A stretch of DNA of 64,000 nt from an uncultured candidate division Zixibacteria bacterium. Its GTDB lineage: Bacteria > Zixibacteria > MSB-5A5 > GN15 > PGXB01. The notes beneath the pieces were generated by a model that was not told the origin of the DNA, made no database searches, and worked only from the letters and a program-made list of their open reading frames with translations. This document shows positions 28,400 to 37,981 of the stretch, piece by piece (within the stretch, counting starts at the first letter, position 1; every line of letters starts with the position of its first letter). The translations under genes and the position numbers were made by a program. Location: NCBI GenBank assembly GCA_963702205.1, contig OY969724.1, positions 2,720,001-2,784,000 on the forward strand, given 5' to 3'.

Positions 28400-31132
28400 C
28401 TATTTCGCTTCCAGCCAGTTGGGGCCGATGCCGATGTCGACCTTTATCGGGACTTTGAGCTTTACCGCCTTTTCCATGCCGTCTTTGACAAGAGCCCTGA
28501 TCTCGTCTTTTTCGTCGTTGTGAATATCAAAGACGAGTTCATCGTGAACCTGCAGGATCATTTTCGATTTCATCTTGCGCATCTTCTTGTGGATGTTGAT
28601 CATGGCGACCTTGATCATATCGGCGGCAGTGCCCTGAATCGGGGTATTGATCGCGGTTCTCTCCGCAAACTGACGAACCTGAAAATTCTTGGCGTTAATT
28701 TCCGGCAGATAGCGAATGCGGTTATACAGTGTCGTCACGTACCCTTTTTCTTTGGCAAAGGCGATAGTATCATCCATGTATTTGCGGATACCCGGATAAC
28801 GCTCGAAATATGTCTCGATAAATTCTTTGGATTCACCCATATTCAATTCGGTCTGCTGCGAAAGGCCATAAGCCGAGACGCCGTAAATAACCGCAAAATT
28901 AGCGGTCTTGGCGGCGCGCCGCATCGATGATGTAACTTCTTCCATCTTTACGCCGTAGACGTCGGCCGCCGTGCGGGCGTGAATGTCTTCGTCTTTTTTA
29001 AAGGCCTCGATCAACGCTTTGTCCAGCGTGAAATGGGCCAGAATACGAAGCTCTATTTGTGAATAATCGGCGCTCAGGATGCTGTACGATTTATCTCTGG
29101 GGACGAAGGCTCTGCGAATCTGCCTGCCGGCCTCGGTTCGGATCGGGATATTCTGCAGGTTCGGATCGGTCGACGACAGCCGACCGGTGGCCGCGATAGT
29201 CTGATTAAACGACGTGTGCACCCGGCCGGTTTCTTTATTGACCAGAAGCGGGATGGCGTCGATGTACGTATTCTTGAGTTTGGTCAACTGGCGATAATCG
29301 AGGACCAGACGCGGGAGGCCGTGTATTTCGGCCAGTTCCTCCAGGACTTTGACATCGGTGGAAAAGCCGGTTTTCTTGGCTGTCTTTCCCCTGGTTGGCA
29401 GTTTCAATTCCTCGAAAAGTACTTCCGACAACTGGCGGGTCGAATTGATATTGAAATCGTGGCCGGCTTCGTCATATATGTCCCGTACAAGTTTTTCCAA
29501 TTGAACGTCCATATCTTTGGACAGGGCGGCCAAAAAATCACAGTCGATCTTAACCCCGGCTTCTTCGATATCCTGAAGAACCGGAATCAGCGGCAGTTCG
29601 ACATTATAGTACAAGTTCTGAAGATTCAGATGATCAATTTTCGGCGCCAGTACTCCCCTTAGACGATAAGTATAATCCGCATCTTCGGCGGCGTAAAAGG
29701 TTGCCTTATCAATGTCGACCGTCGCGAACGATTTTTGCTTCTTGCCCGTCCCGATCAGGTCCGTAATCGGCTGCATATGGTAGTTGAAATGGGCGAAGGC
29801 CAGAGTGTCGAGACCGTGTTGCCGCCCCGATGGATTTATTACGTACGACGCCAGCATGGTATCGAAACTGACCGGCTCGATTTCAAATCCCTCGCGTCGC
29901 AACACTTCGAGATCGTACTTTATATTCTGCCCGAACTTCTGGACTTTTTTATTGGTGAAAAGCTTCGATATTATCTTGCGGGCTTTTTCGAATGGAATAT
30001 TGCCAGCCTTGTCATCGTGCCTCAAGGGAATATAAAAAGCCTTCCCGGCATCGGCGCAAAGGGAGATACCAACCAACCGTGCCTGAAAGGCGTCAATCGA
30101 CGTGGTTTCCGTATCAATCGCTATTTCTTTCCTGGTCTGCAGTTTTTCCACCAAAGCGGTCAGGGCTTCAATCGTATTGATGCACTTGTAATCGGACTTT
30201 GGGGGTGACAGGTGTTTATGCTTTTCGGATGTACTTAGCTGAAGATCAAGCTTACCGACCTGTTTGGCGAGTTCTTCGAGGAGATTGACAAATTCCAGTT
30301 CCAAAAACAGCTTTTTGGCTTTCTCGAAATCGACATTTTCCCACTTAAGCTTGTCGATATCAAAGTCGATCGGAACCGATGTGTCTATCGTCACCAGTTT
30401 GCGAGAAAGTTTCGCCAGTTCTTCGTTTTGCTCAATCTTCTTTCTGACCCCGGCCGCTTTTATTTTATCCGCACCACTTAGTATGGAGTCGAGATTGCCG
30501 AATTGCTCCAGCAGTGAAATCGCCGTCTTGGGGCCGATACCGGGGACGCCGGGGACGTTGTCCGAGGAATCCCCCATGAGCGCGAGCATATCTATAATTT
30601 TTTCCGGCGAGACGCCGAATTTTTCTTTGACGCCTTTCGGATCGAGTATCTCCGCCGAATTTGCACCTTTTTGGGGATTGTAGATACGAACATTGTCATT
30701 GACCAGTTGGAAGAAATCTTTATCGCCGGTTACTAACCAGACGTCCATGCCATCTTTCTCGGCCTGCCTGGCAATAGTGCCGATAATGTCATCAGCCTCG
30801 TAACCTTCCATCTCGAGGCAACTGATATTCAGCGCATCGGCCGCTTCTCTGATGCGTGGTAATTGCACGACCAGTTCTTCGGGCATTTTCTCGCGGGTCG
30901 CTTTGTACTCCTTGTACATCTTGTGACGGAACGTCGGGGCTTTGGTGTCAAATACGACTGCCATATATTCGGGTTTTTCATCGCGGATTATTTTCATCAA
31001 TGAGTTAACGAAACCGAAAGTGGCCGAAGTGTTCTCACCTTTGGAATTGAACAAGGGGTTGCGTATGAAAGCAAAATAGGCCCGGTAAAAAATCGCCGAG
31101 CCGTCGACGAGATACAAATTTTTGCGGCTCAT
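28400..31132 (-). CDS. polA: DNA polymerase I
   Basis: 5'-exo LVDG/YEADD/GDSSDN; 3'-exo DTETT; polymerase GRLSSTDPNLQNIP, DYSQIELR, QVHDEL. Confidence 0.98.
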   Translation of the reverse strand: MSRKNLYLVDGSAIFYRAYFAFIRNPLFNSKGENTSATFGFVNSLMKIIRDEKPEYMAVVFDTKAPTFRHKMYKEYKATREKMPEELVVQLPRIREAADALNISCLEMEGYEADDIIGTIARQAEKDGMDVWLVTGDKDFFQLVNDNVRIYNPQKGANSAEILDPKGVKEKFGVSPEKIIDMLALMGDSSDNVPGVPGIGPKTAISLLEQFGNLDSILSGADKIKAAGVRKKIEQNEELAKLSRKLVTIDTSVPIDFDIDKLKWENVDFEKAKKLFLELEFVNLLEELAKQVGKLDLQLSTSEKHKHLSPPKSDYKCINTIEALTALVEKLQTRKEIAIDTETTSIDAFQARLVGISLCADAGKAFYIPLRHDDKAGNIPFEKARKIISKLFTNKKVQKFGQNIKYDLEVLRREGFEIEPVSFDTMLASYVINPSGRQHGLDTLAFAHFNYHMQPITDLIGTGKKQKSFATVDIDKATFYAAEDADYTYRLRGVLAPKIDHLNLQNLYYNVELPLIPVLQDIEEAGVKIDCDFLAALSKDMDVQLEKLVRDIYDEAGHDFNINSTRQLSEVLFEELKLPTRGKTAKKTGFSTDVKVLEELAEIHGLPRLVLDYRQLTKLKNTYIDAIPLLVNKETGRVHTSFNQTIAATGRLSSTDPNLQNIPIRTEAGRQIRRAFVPRDKSYSILSADYSQIELRILAHFTLDKALIEAFKKDEDIHARTAADVYGVKMEEVTSSMRRAAKTANFAVIYGVSAYGLSQQTELNMGESKEFIETYFERYPGIRKYMDDTIAFAKEKGYVTTLYNRIRYLPEINAKNFQVRQFAERTAINTPIQGTAADMIKVAMINIHKKMRKMKSKMILQVHDELVFDIHNDEKDEIRALVKDGMEKAVKLKVPIKVDIGIGPNWLEAK

Positions 31133-31725
31133 TTATATAGCCCCCGGCTTGCGATAAATCCGCGCACTTCGTCGGGCACGAAATAACGAATGGACTTCCC
31201 CAGCTTGATCGCCTGCCTTATATTGGTCGATGAAATTTCGATCAGCGGCATATCAAACGCTTTTAGGTGGCTTTTCCATTGCGATTTTTCAAAGGCATCG
31301 TCAAAGCCGGGACGGTTCCCGACTACTATTTTCACCCGTTTGACAAGTTCATCCGGTTTATGCCACGAATCGAAAATGGCGATATTGTCGGCACCCAAAA
31401 TCAGGCTCCATTCGGTGGACGGGTATTTTTGTTCGAGATACTCCACCACGGCCAGTGTATAGCCCGGAGACGCCAAATCTTTTTCCAATGCGGAAACCGC
31501 AAAGCGTTCGTTGTCTGCAACAGCCAGCCGCGTCATAACCAGCCGATCTTCAAATGATACGACTGGCTTTTGCGCCCGGTGCGGCGGATTCAAAGAAACT
31601 ACGAACAATACCCCATCAAGCCCGCATTTTTCGAGTGCAGTTTCGGCCAGAATCAGATGTCCGATATGGACGGGATCGAAAATGCCGCCCATCAAACCCC
31701 ATTTTCCGCCGTCATCAGGGCTCAT
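31129..31725 (-). CDS. nadD: nicotinate-nucleotide adenylyltransferase
   Basis: GGIFDPVHIGH, ILGAD, ISSTNIR. Confidence 0.95.
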   Translation of the reverse strand: MSPDDGGKWGLMGGIFDPVHIGHLILAETALEKCGLDGVLFVVSLNPPHRAQKPVVSFEDRLVMTRLAVADNERFAVSALEKDLASPGYTLAVVEYLEQKYPSTEWSLILGADNIAIFDSWHKPDELVKRVKIVVGNRPGFDDAFEKSQWKSHLKAFDMPLIEISSTNIRQAIKLGKSIRYFVPDEVRGFIASRGLYK

Positions 31726-32503
31726 CGTCGGACGCCTGAGCCTTCGCTGTCTTGAGCGTTATTTCTTCGAGCAGATCCCTGGCCCTGGCGGCCAATTCCG
31801 AATTTTCATAAATATTCAAAAAGTGATTCAGGCGATCCGAGGCCGACTGATAGTCCTTTTCCTTATAATCGATTTCGGCCAGCTGGAATAAGGCCATCCC
31901 GGCGTACTCGGTATCGGTGTACTCATCGATAACCTGCTGAAAATATATTCGCGCGGCTTTAAGGTCGTACATCTTGGTGTACATTACTCCACTGGCATAA
32001 TCCTTGTGCGCCAGCCTGGTGCGGGCCTTAAGGATAATGTCTTTGGCGTCCGGAACCAAATCCGATTCCGGATTGTCGAGCATGAAATTGTTCAATGCCG
32101 CGATCGCCAGCTTAAGGTCTTCCTGGTCCAGACCGTAATTTTGTGGCGTGTTTTTAAAATAACACAGCCCGGTCATGTACTGCGCGTCGTCGTACAACTC
32201 CGATTGCGGGTAATTCGAAACGAGACGGTTGTACTCAACCGCCGCCAGTTCGTATTCGTCGTTGCCGAAATACGATTGCGCGAGGAAGAACTGCGCCGAA
32301 TCGACAAAGACGGCGCCCGGGAAATTATAAACCAGCTGCTGGAATTTCTCTATGGCTGAAAGATATTTTTTGTTCTGAAAATCATTCATCCCCTGATCGA
32401 ATAAAAGGCGGGGATCATCGACCAGGTGCATTTTCGGTCCGCCGCAACCCCACAGGCTTATAAGTCCGCCTGCAACTAATATTAGGAATGTGAGCTTTTT
32501 CAA
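31715..32503 (-). CDS. bamD: outer membrane protein assembly lipoprotein BamD
   Basis: Lipobox LWGC, TPR repeats, typical BamD layout. Confidence 0.85.
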   Translation of the reverse strand: MKKLTFLILVAGGLISLWGCGGPKMHLVDDPRLLFDQGMNDFQNKKYLSAIEKFQQLVYNFPGAVFVDSAQFFLAQSYFGNDEYELAAVEYNRLVSNYPQSELYDDAQYMTGLCYFKNTPQNYGLDQEDLKLAIAALNNFMLDNPESDLVPDAKDIILKARTRLAHKDYASGVMYTKMYDLKAARIYFQQVIDEYTDTEYAGMALFQLAEIDYKEKDYQSASDRLNHFLNIYENSELAARARDLLEEITLKTAKAQASDDEP

Positions 32504-33150
32504 ATGTCGTATTTCTCCTTGAGCATGTCGTAATTGCTGATTACCCGGTCGAAAAAGGCCCGGGGCAACGGCTTGTTTTTGCGAACCCGGCTTCTGAGTT
32601 CCGCTTCGCCGAGATTGTACGAAACTATCGCCTGCCGCACATCTTTGAACTTTAAAATCATTTCAAACAGGTGCAGCGCGCCCATGCGGATGTTGACATC
32701 CGGCTGGAAAAGAGTTTCGGCCCCCTCCCAGTCGGCGCCAACCTTATCGGCCAGCGATTTCCCGACAAACGGTCGAATCTGCATCAGGCCGCGAGCGCCA
32801 ACCGATGAGATCTGCCCTCGCCTGAACGATGATTCGGTCAGGATCAGGGCCATCAGAAACAGCGGATCGTAATCGTACTTTTTGCATTCATCGGAAATGA
32901 CATTGACCAGGCTGGCCTTGTCCTCGTCGCTGAAACCGATCTGGAAATCATCGATTACCTGCAATATCTGGAGCTTTTCTTCGAGCTCGTCTATCCGCTT
33001 GCGCTGAAAGTCGATCTGTTTTTCGAGATTGAATTTCTCCTGCACAAGGTAAATGATAAAAATCGACTGCGACAAATATATAAGGACAAACATGAAGGCG
33101 ATCGGTTTGGATAAAAAGACGCCCAGTTTTTCGAATTTGATCACGGTCAT
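32500..33150 (-). CDS. lytic transglycosylase (SLT domain), membrane anchored
   Basis: ILTESSF, GARGLMQI, YNLG; N-terminal TM and coiled coil. Confidence 0.88.
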   Translation of the reverse strand: MTVIKFEKLGVFLSKPIAFMFVLIYLSQSIFIIYLVQEKFNLEKQIDFQRKRIDELEEKLQILQVIDDFQIGFSDEDKASLVNVISDECKKYDYDPLFLMALILTESSFRRGQISSVGARGLMQIRPFVGKSLADKVGADWEGAETLFQPDVNIRMGALHLFEMILKFKDVRQAIVSYNLGEAELRSRVRKNKPLPRAFFDRVISNYDMLKEKYDI

Positions 33151-34472
33151 TCTTTAATCACCTCGGCCAGAAGGTCATAACCATCGGCCATGTTTATTCT
33201 GACATCCACGATGTCGCCGACAGCGAGATTTTTCCCGGTCACATATATGGTCTGGTCAATATCGGGACAATCCCCTTTGGTCCTCGCAATTGCCGGACCT
33301 TGCGGTCTGACCCGGTCAATTATAACTTTTTGATAGGAACCGATCAAGGTCATATTTTTTTTAAAAGCTATCTCCTGCTGAAGGCTCATAATCAAATCCT
33401 GGCGCTCGGCGATGTTTTCTTCGGGGATTTGATCGTCAAAATCGGCCGCGGCGGTTCCTTCTTCGGGTGAATAACCAAAGGCCCCAAGCCGATCGAATTC
33501 GATTTCTTCAATAAACTCCAGCAGTTCATCAAAATCTTCCTCTGTCTCTCCCGGCAGCCCGGCTATGAAAGTCGTCCTTATTATATTTTCCGCACTGCAG
33601 TCGCGGATTCGCCTAATAATTTTCTCGACGCTTTTTTTTGTATAAGGACGATTTATTCTTTTTAAAACGCTATCACTTATATGTTGCAAGGGCAGATCGA
33701 AATATCCCAGAACCTTTTCGGAGGATGACATATATTCGATCAATTCAGCGGTCACCGATTCCGGGTGAAGATACATCAGGCGCAGCCAGGCAAGGCCCTC
33801 GATAGTTTCCAGCCTTTTTAGCAGGGTCTGAATATTTTCGCCATTGTTTCTATCCCGGCCAAACGCGGTGCCTTCCTGCGACACCAGGATTATTTCTTTC
33901 ATCCCTCGCGCTACCAGCATTTCGGCTTCGGCGGTGACGTCATCAACCGTCCGGCTCCTGAACCGCCCCCTGATATACGGAATGGCGCAATATGAGCAAA
34001 AGCGATCGCAGCCATCGGATATTTTAAGATAAGCATATGGCAGAGTTATATCCACCTGGCGATTTTGCCCCACTATATAGCTGAGGTCTCGCGCTTGCGT
34101 TGCCTGCACTCGGTCACCTGTTCGCGGCCCGCCGTCTAAAATTTCTTTAAGCCTCTCGAGTTCGCCCAGTCCGAGGACGGCGTCGACGTGCCTCAATGCG
34201 TGCTTTAATTCCTCACCGTATCGCTGTGATAGACAGCCCGTTATAATAAGCTTATGCAGTTGGCCGTTTGTTTTCCTGTCCTCATATCTCAGGATTTCTT
34301 CAATCGATTCCTCTTTGGCCGGAAGAATAAAACCGCAGGTATTAACAATTATCGCCTCGGCCATGTCGGGGTTTTCGACCATCTCGTGCCCCGCCTCGGT
34401 AAGTTCTCCGCCCATATAGTCGGCGTCGACGTCGTTTTTGGGGCAACCCAGTTTTTTTAAATAAAATTTCAT
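33147..34472 (-). CDS. rimO: ribosomal protein S12 methylthiotransferase
   Basis: LGCPKN, NTCGFI, GCLSQRY, CDRFCSYC, TRAM domain with PDID. Confidence 0.93.
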   Translation of the reverse strand: MKFYLKKLGCPKNDVDADYMGGELTEAGHEMVENPDMAEAIIVNTCGFILPAKEESIEEILRYEDRKTNGQLHKLIITGCLSQRYGEELKHALRHVDAVLGLGELERLKEILDGGPRTGDRVQATQARDLSYIVGQNRQVDITLPYAYLKISDGCDRFCSYCAIPYIRGRFRSRTVDDVTAEAEMLVARGMKEIILVSQEGTAFGRDRNNGENIQTLLKRLETIEGLAWLRLMYLHPESVTAELIEYMSSSEKVLGYFDLPLQHISDSVLKRINRPYTKKSVEKIIRRIRDCSAENIIRTTFIAGLPGETEEDFDELLEFIEEIEFDRLGAFGYSPEEGTAAADFDDQIPEENIAERQDLIMSLQQEIAFKKNMTLIGSYQKVIIDRVRPQGPAIARTKGDCPDIDQTIYVTGKNLAVGDIVDVRINMADGYDLLAEVIKE

Positions 34473-34477
34473 ATTAG

Positions 34478-35095
34478 TTACGGCAGCGTAATGACTTCAA
34501 CGCTGTCGGGGAATTTGACTTCAAAATCGGCCGGGTCAATTTTATCGGAAAATTCATAATCGAGCATGATGACATCGTTGACATCGCCATTGAGGTCATT
34601 ATAAGAAAAATATGCCAAAGTGCCGGGTTGGCGGTCCAAAGTCACTATGAGACTGTCGGGAAGATTTTTATTCTGGTCCGGCTTGACTTTAAAGCGATAC
34701 AAGGAATCCGGAATCATGCACTCAAGAGCATAATGTGCTTTTAAATCTTTGAGGGCCGTCAGTTCGTTTTCGTACACTTCCCCCTTCTTGTAACAATCCT
34801 TCGTAACCTGATTATTATCCGCCGAATATTCCCAGACGCAATGTCCGTCGAACAGGTAGATATCGTCATTAAAGCGGGCGTAATATCGGTCATCGGCGGC
34901 GATCTTGATATCACCGACGGTCGTATCGATATTGCCGAAAATGGGCGATCGGGTAATGATCAAAACGTTCATTTTAATTAATGGCGATTCTTCAAAGCTG
35001 GTCATTAAAGGCTGGATTTTGCCGGTTTCTGCGGATTGTGCCGAGGAAACTGACAATACCAGACCGGATAAGATTATCAGGAGCAGCTTTTTCAT
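34478..35095 (-). CDS. LolA-like outer membrane lipoprotein carrier
   Basis: Signal peptide, FDG..VWEYS..NNQVT motif; lies directly downstream of ftsK, the usual lolA position. Confidence 0.7.
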   Translation of the reverse strand: MKKLLLIILSGLVLSVSSAQSAETGKIQPLMTSFEESPLIKMNVLIITRSPIFGNIDTTVGDIKIAADDRYYARFNDDIYLFDGHCVWEYSADNNQVTKDCYKKGEVYENELTALKDLKAHYALECMIPDSLYRFKVKPDQNKNLPDSLIVTLDRQPGTLAYFSYNDLNGDVNDVIMLDYEFSDKIDPADFEVKFPDSVEVITLP

Positions 35096-35121
35096 ACTTA
35101 GATATTTTACGTTCGTTTCGA

Positions 35122-37446
35122 TCAGGAGTTCGAGTTTCCCAGCGACCGGGAGGTTATCATTTTTTCCAGGAAGCTCTTGTCCACCAGAACCTTTCGGGCC
35201 TTGCTCCCGTCGTAGGCGCTGACCACTCCGGCCGCTTCCAACTTGTCTATAAGCCGCGCCGCACGCTGATAGCCGATACCGAGTTTCCGCTGCAAAAGTG
35301 AAACTGACCCCTGCTTGTGCCTTATAACCGTCTCAACCGCTTCTACGAATACGGGATCGTCGAGGTCAAGCGCGTCTTCCTGCTCTTCGTCTTCCTCGGT
35401 TTTTTCTTCAATCGGCGCAGCCTCAGTTGGGAACTGGTCGGTTATAAACTTGACCAGGTTTTCGCTCTCCTCGCTGGAAAGAAAAGCACCGTGCAGACGA
35501 ATCGGTTCCGGCTGCCCCGGCGGCAGAAACAGCATGTCACCGTTGCCGAGGAGTTTTTCCGCGCCGTTGCCATCGAGGATAGTCCGCGAATCGATCCGCG
35601 ATGCTACCTGGAAGGCGATCCGCGACGGGAAGTTGGCTTTGATAAGGCCCGTGATGACGTCGACCGACGGCCTTTGCGTCGCCAGCACCAGATGAATCCC
35701 GACCGCCCGGGCCATTTGCGCCAGCCGGGTGATTAGCACTTCGATTCGCGATGACGCCGAAGCCATCATCATGTCGGCCAGTTCATCGACGACGATTACG
35801 ATATACGGCAGCCTTTCTTCGTCTTTATCGAGTCGGGCGTTATAATCGACGATGTTTCGCACAGCTTTACCGGCCAGTTTCTTGTATCTTTTTTCCATTT
35901 CAACGACGGCATCTGCCAGGACTTTTTCGGCGCGTTTGGAGTTGGTTACAACCGGCCGCGCCATGTGGGGAATGCCGGAGTATGGTGTCAGTTCGAGCAT
36001 TTTGGGATCAATAAAGATAAATTGCAATTCATTGGGATGCAAACGATACACCAGAGACGTTATCAGTACATTTATGCAAACCGATTTGCCCGACCCGGTC
36101 GCTCCGGCGATCAATAGATGTGGCATTTTGGCGAGATCGGTAGCGTAAGGTTTCCCGGAAATGGTTTTGCCCAGCGCAATAGGCAGACGCAGGTCGGGGT
36201 TGCGGTATGCATCCGAATTCAGAATTTCCTTGATATAAACCATGCGCGGGGACCGGTTGGGTATTTCCACGCCAACTTTGGCCTTGCCCGGTATAGGTGC
36301 GACGATTCTTATTCTTTTGGCCCGCAGTGACAGCGCCAGGTCGTCGGACAGGTTCGTGATTTGATGTACTTTTACTCCCGCCGCCGGTTTTATTTCATAG
36401 CGCGTAATGACCGGTCCGGGGTATTTATCGATATCGCCTTGTATGGTTACGCCAAAAGTTTCAAGAGTCTCTTTTAATGAACGGGAAGCCATTTCCAACT
36501 CTTCTTTGCTCACCGACAGGCCGGGTTCGGGATTATCGGTAAGAAGGTCCAGCCCGGGGAATTTATAGTCGACGGTTTCGAGGCCGATTGCGACCACCGG
36601 TTTTTTCTTTATTGTAATTTTTTGACGACGTTTGCCGTTCGATGTCTTTTCTCTCTCCAGATTTTCTACAGGATCCTCTTCCTCGGAACTCATCTCAGGC
36701 TCTTTGGCCGCCCGGCCCGGACGCGGCGCCGAACCGATATCGGTATACCCGGGGTCCCCGGCATTCTCATCGTCATCGTCTTCATACTCAGTTTCACTCC
36801 GAGCGAACAGACCGGCTATCCAGTCTTTTATACCGGCAATTCCGATTTTAAACGATCTGGAAATGCCGGCTGTGATTTTATCCAAAGATCCGATATGAAA
36901 TCGCAGAAGAGGATACTTATAGCCCAGAACTATCAGCCAAACTATTATTCCGGCCCCGAGCACGACAAACGACCCGGTCGACCCGAGGATTTTCATGAAA
37001 AAGAGCGTCAGATAAAAGAACACATACCCGCCGTTGGCCTCGGCATAGGTTACTTCCAGCGTGGCATGATGCACGAGATAGACATCGGTCATCATAGTCA
37101 TTAGGGAGCACACGGATGCAATAAATAAAAATCCGGGAAACAAGGGCCGGGCCCACTCGAACTTCAAAAACCGAAAGCCCCAGAAAATCATGGCGATAGA
37201 CAAAAATACCGACAACCAGCCGCAGAAGAAGAACAAAACATAGGATGACATGGCCCCGGCGATCCCCACCTGATTTCTGAAATCTATGGAGAAAGGATTG
37301 TCACGAGAGACTATGCGTTGATCATCCCAGCCGGTGTGCGACAGCAGTGAAATTAAAATAAGAATAGCCAGAAGAATCAGGCCGACTCCGAGGATCTTCC
37401 TTTTTCTCTCGCCATTGCCGTTGCTTTTGTTCTTACGCGAGGCCAT
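35122..37446 (-). CDS. ftsK: DNA translocase FtsK
   Basis: N-terminal TM helices, GPVITRYE, PHLLIAGATGSGKS, DELAD, ATQRPSVDV, gamma domain. Confidence 0.97.
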   Translation of the reverse strand: MASRKNKSNGNGERKRKILGVGLILLAILILISLLSHTGWDDQRIVSRDNPFSIDFRNQVGIAGAMSSYVLFFFCGWLSVFLSIAMIFWGFRFLKFEWARPLFPGFLFIASVCSLMTMMTDVYLVHHATLEVTYAEANGGYVFFYLTLFFMKILGSTGSFVVLGAGIIVWLIVLGYKYPLLRFHIGSLDKITAGISRSFKIGIAGIKDWIAGLFARSETEYEDDDDENAGDPGYTDIGSAPRPGRAAKEPEMSSEEEDPVENLEREKTSNGKRRQKITIKKKPVVAIGLETVDYKFPGLDLLTDNPEPGLSVSKEELEMASRSLKETLETFGVTIQGDIDKYPGPVITRYEIKPAAGVKVHQITNLSDDLALSLRAKRIRIVAPIPGKAKVGVEIPNRSPRMVYIKEILNSDAYRNPDLRLPIALGKTISGKPYATDLAKMPHLLIAGATGSGKSVCINVLITSLVYRLHPNELQFIFIDPKMLELTPYSGIPHMARPVVTNSKRAEKVLADAVVEMEKRYKKLAGKAVRNIVDYNARLDKDEERLPYIVIVVDELADMMMASASSRIEVLITRLAQMARAVGIHLVLATQRPSVDVITGLIKANFPSRIAFQVASRIDSRTILDGNGAEKLLGNGDMLFLPPGQPEPIRLHGAFLSSEESENLVKFITDQFPTEAAPIEEKTEEDEEQEDALDLDDPVFVEAVETVIRHKQGSVSLLQRKLGIGYQRAARLIDKLEAAGVVSAYDGSKARKVLVDKSFLEKMITSRSLGNSNS

Positions 37447-37502
37447 TGGTGGTAATTTCTATCCCGAACGAAAATTACACAATAGGACCGTTTGGGTCAA
37501 CC

Positions 37503-37535
37503 AAAAAAAAAGAAGGCAGAGATACCTCTGCCTTC
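37503..37535 (-). terminator. intrinsic terminator of hup
   Basis: GAAGGCAGAG-ATAC-CTCTGCCTTC hairpin with a 9-nt U-tract on the minus strand. Confidence 0.85.
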
Positions 37536-37557
37536 AACGGGTGTAAAAACACGAAAC

Positions 37558-37833
37558 CTACTTCTTGACTGCTTCGCGCAGGGTCTTGCCGGCACGGAAA
37601 TGCGGAACTTTCGAGGCCGGGATATTGATTTTGGCACCGGTCTGAGGATTACGACCGACTCTCGCTTTGCGCTTGTTGACCGTGAAAGTACCGAAACCGA
37701 CAAAGCTTACTTTCTTGCCTTTTTTCAGGCTGGCCGTGATGTTGCCGATAAAGCTGCTCAGAGCGTCTGTAGCCTGGCGTTTGTTGATACCGGCGTCCTT
37801 GGCGATCTTTGAGATCATTTCATCCTTGGTCAT
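37558..37833 (-). CDS. hup: DNA-binding protein HU
   Basis: VSFVGFGTF, ARVGRNPQTG, VPHFRAGK. Confidence 0.96.
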   Translation of the reverse strand: MTKDEMISKIAKDAGINKRQATDALSSFIGNITASLKKGKKVSFVGFGTFTVNKRKARVGRNPQTGAKINIPASKVPHFRAGKTLREAVKK

Positions 37834-37981
37834 GGGTAAACACCTTTACTTTAAGGGTTCTCGGTTTTGACTTTTTAAAAAGATCGATAATTTTTTAAGC
37901 TATTGTCAATAAAAAAAATATCGCGATACCCCGAAAAAAGCAATAATGACGGGCTTTTAGGACGCTACGGCCCGAAAACGC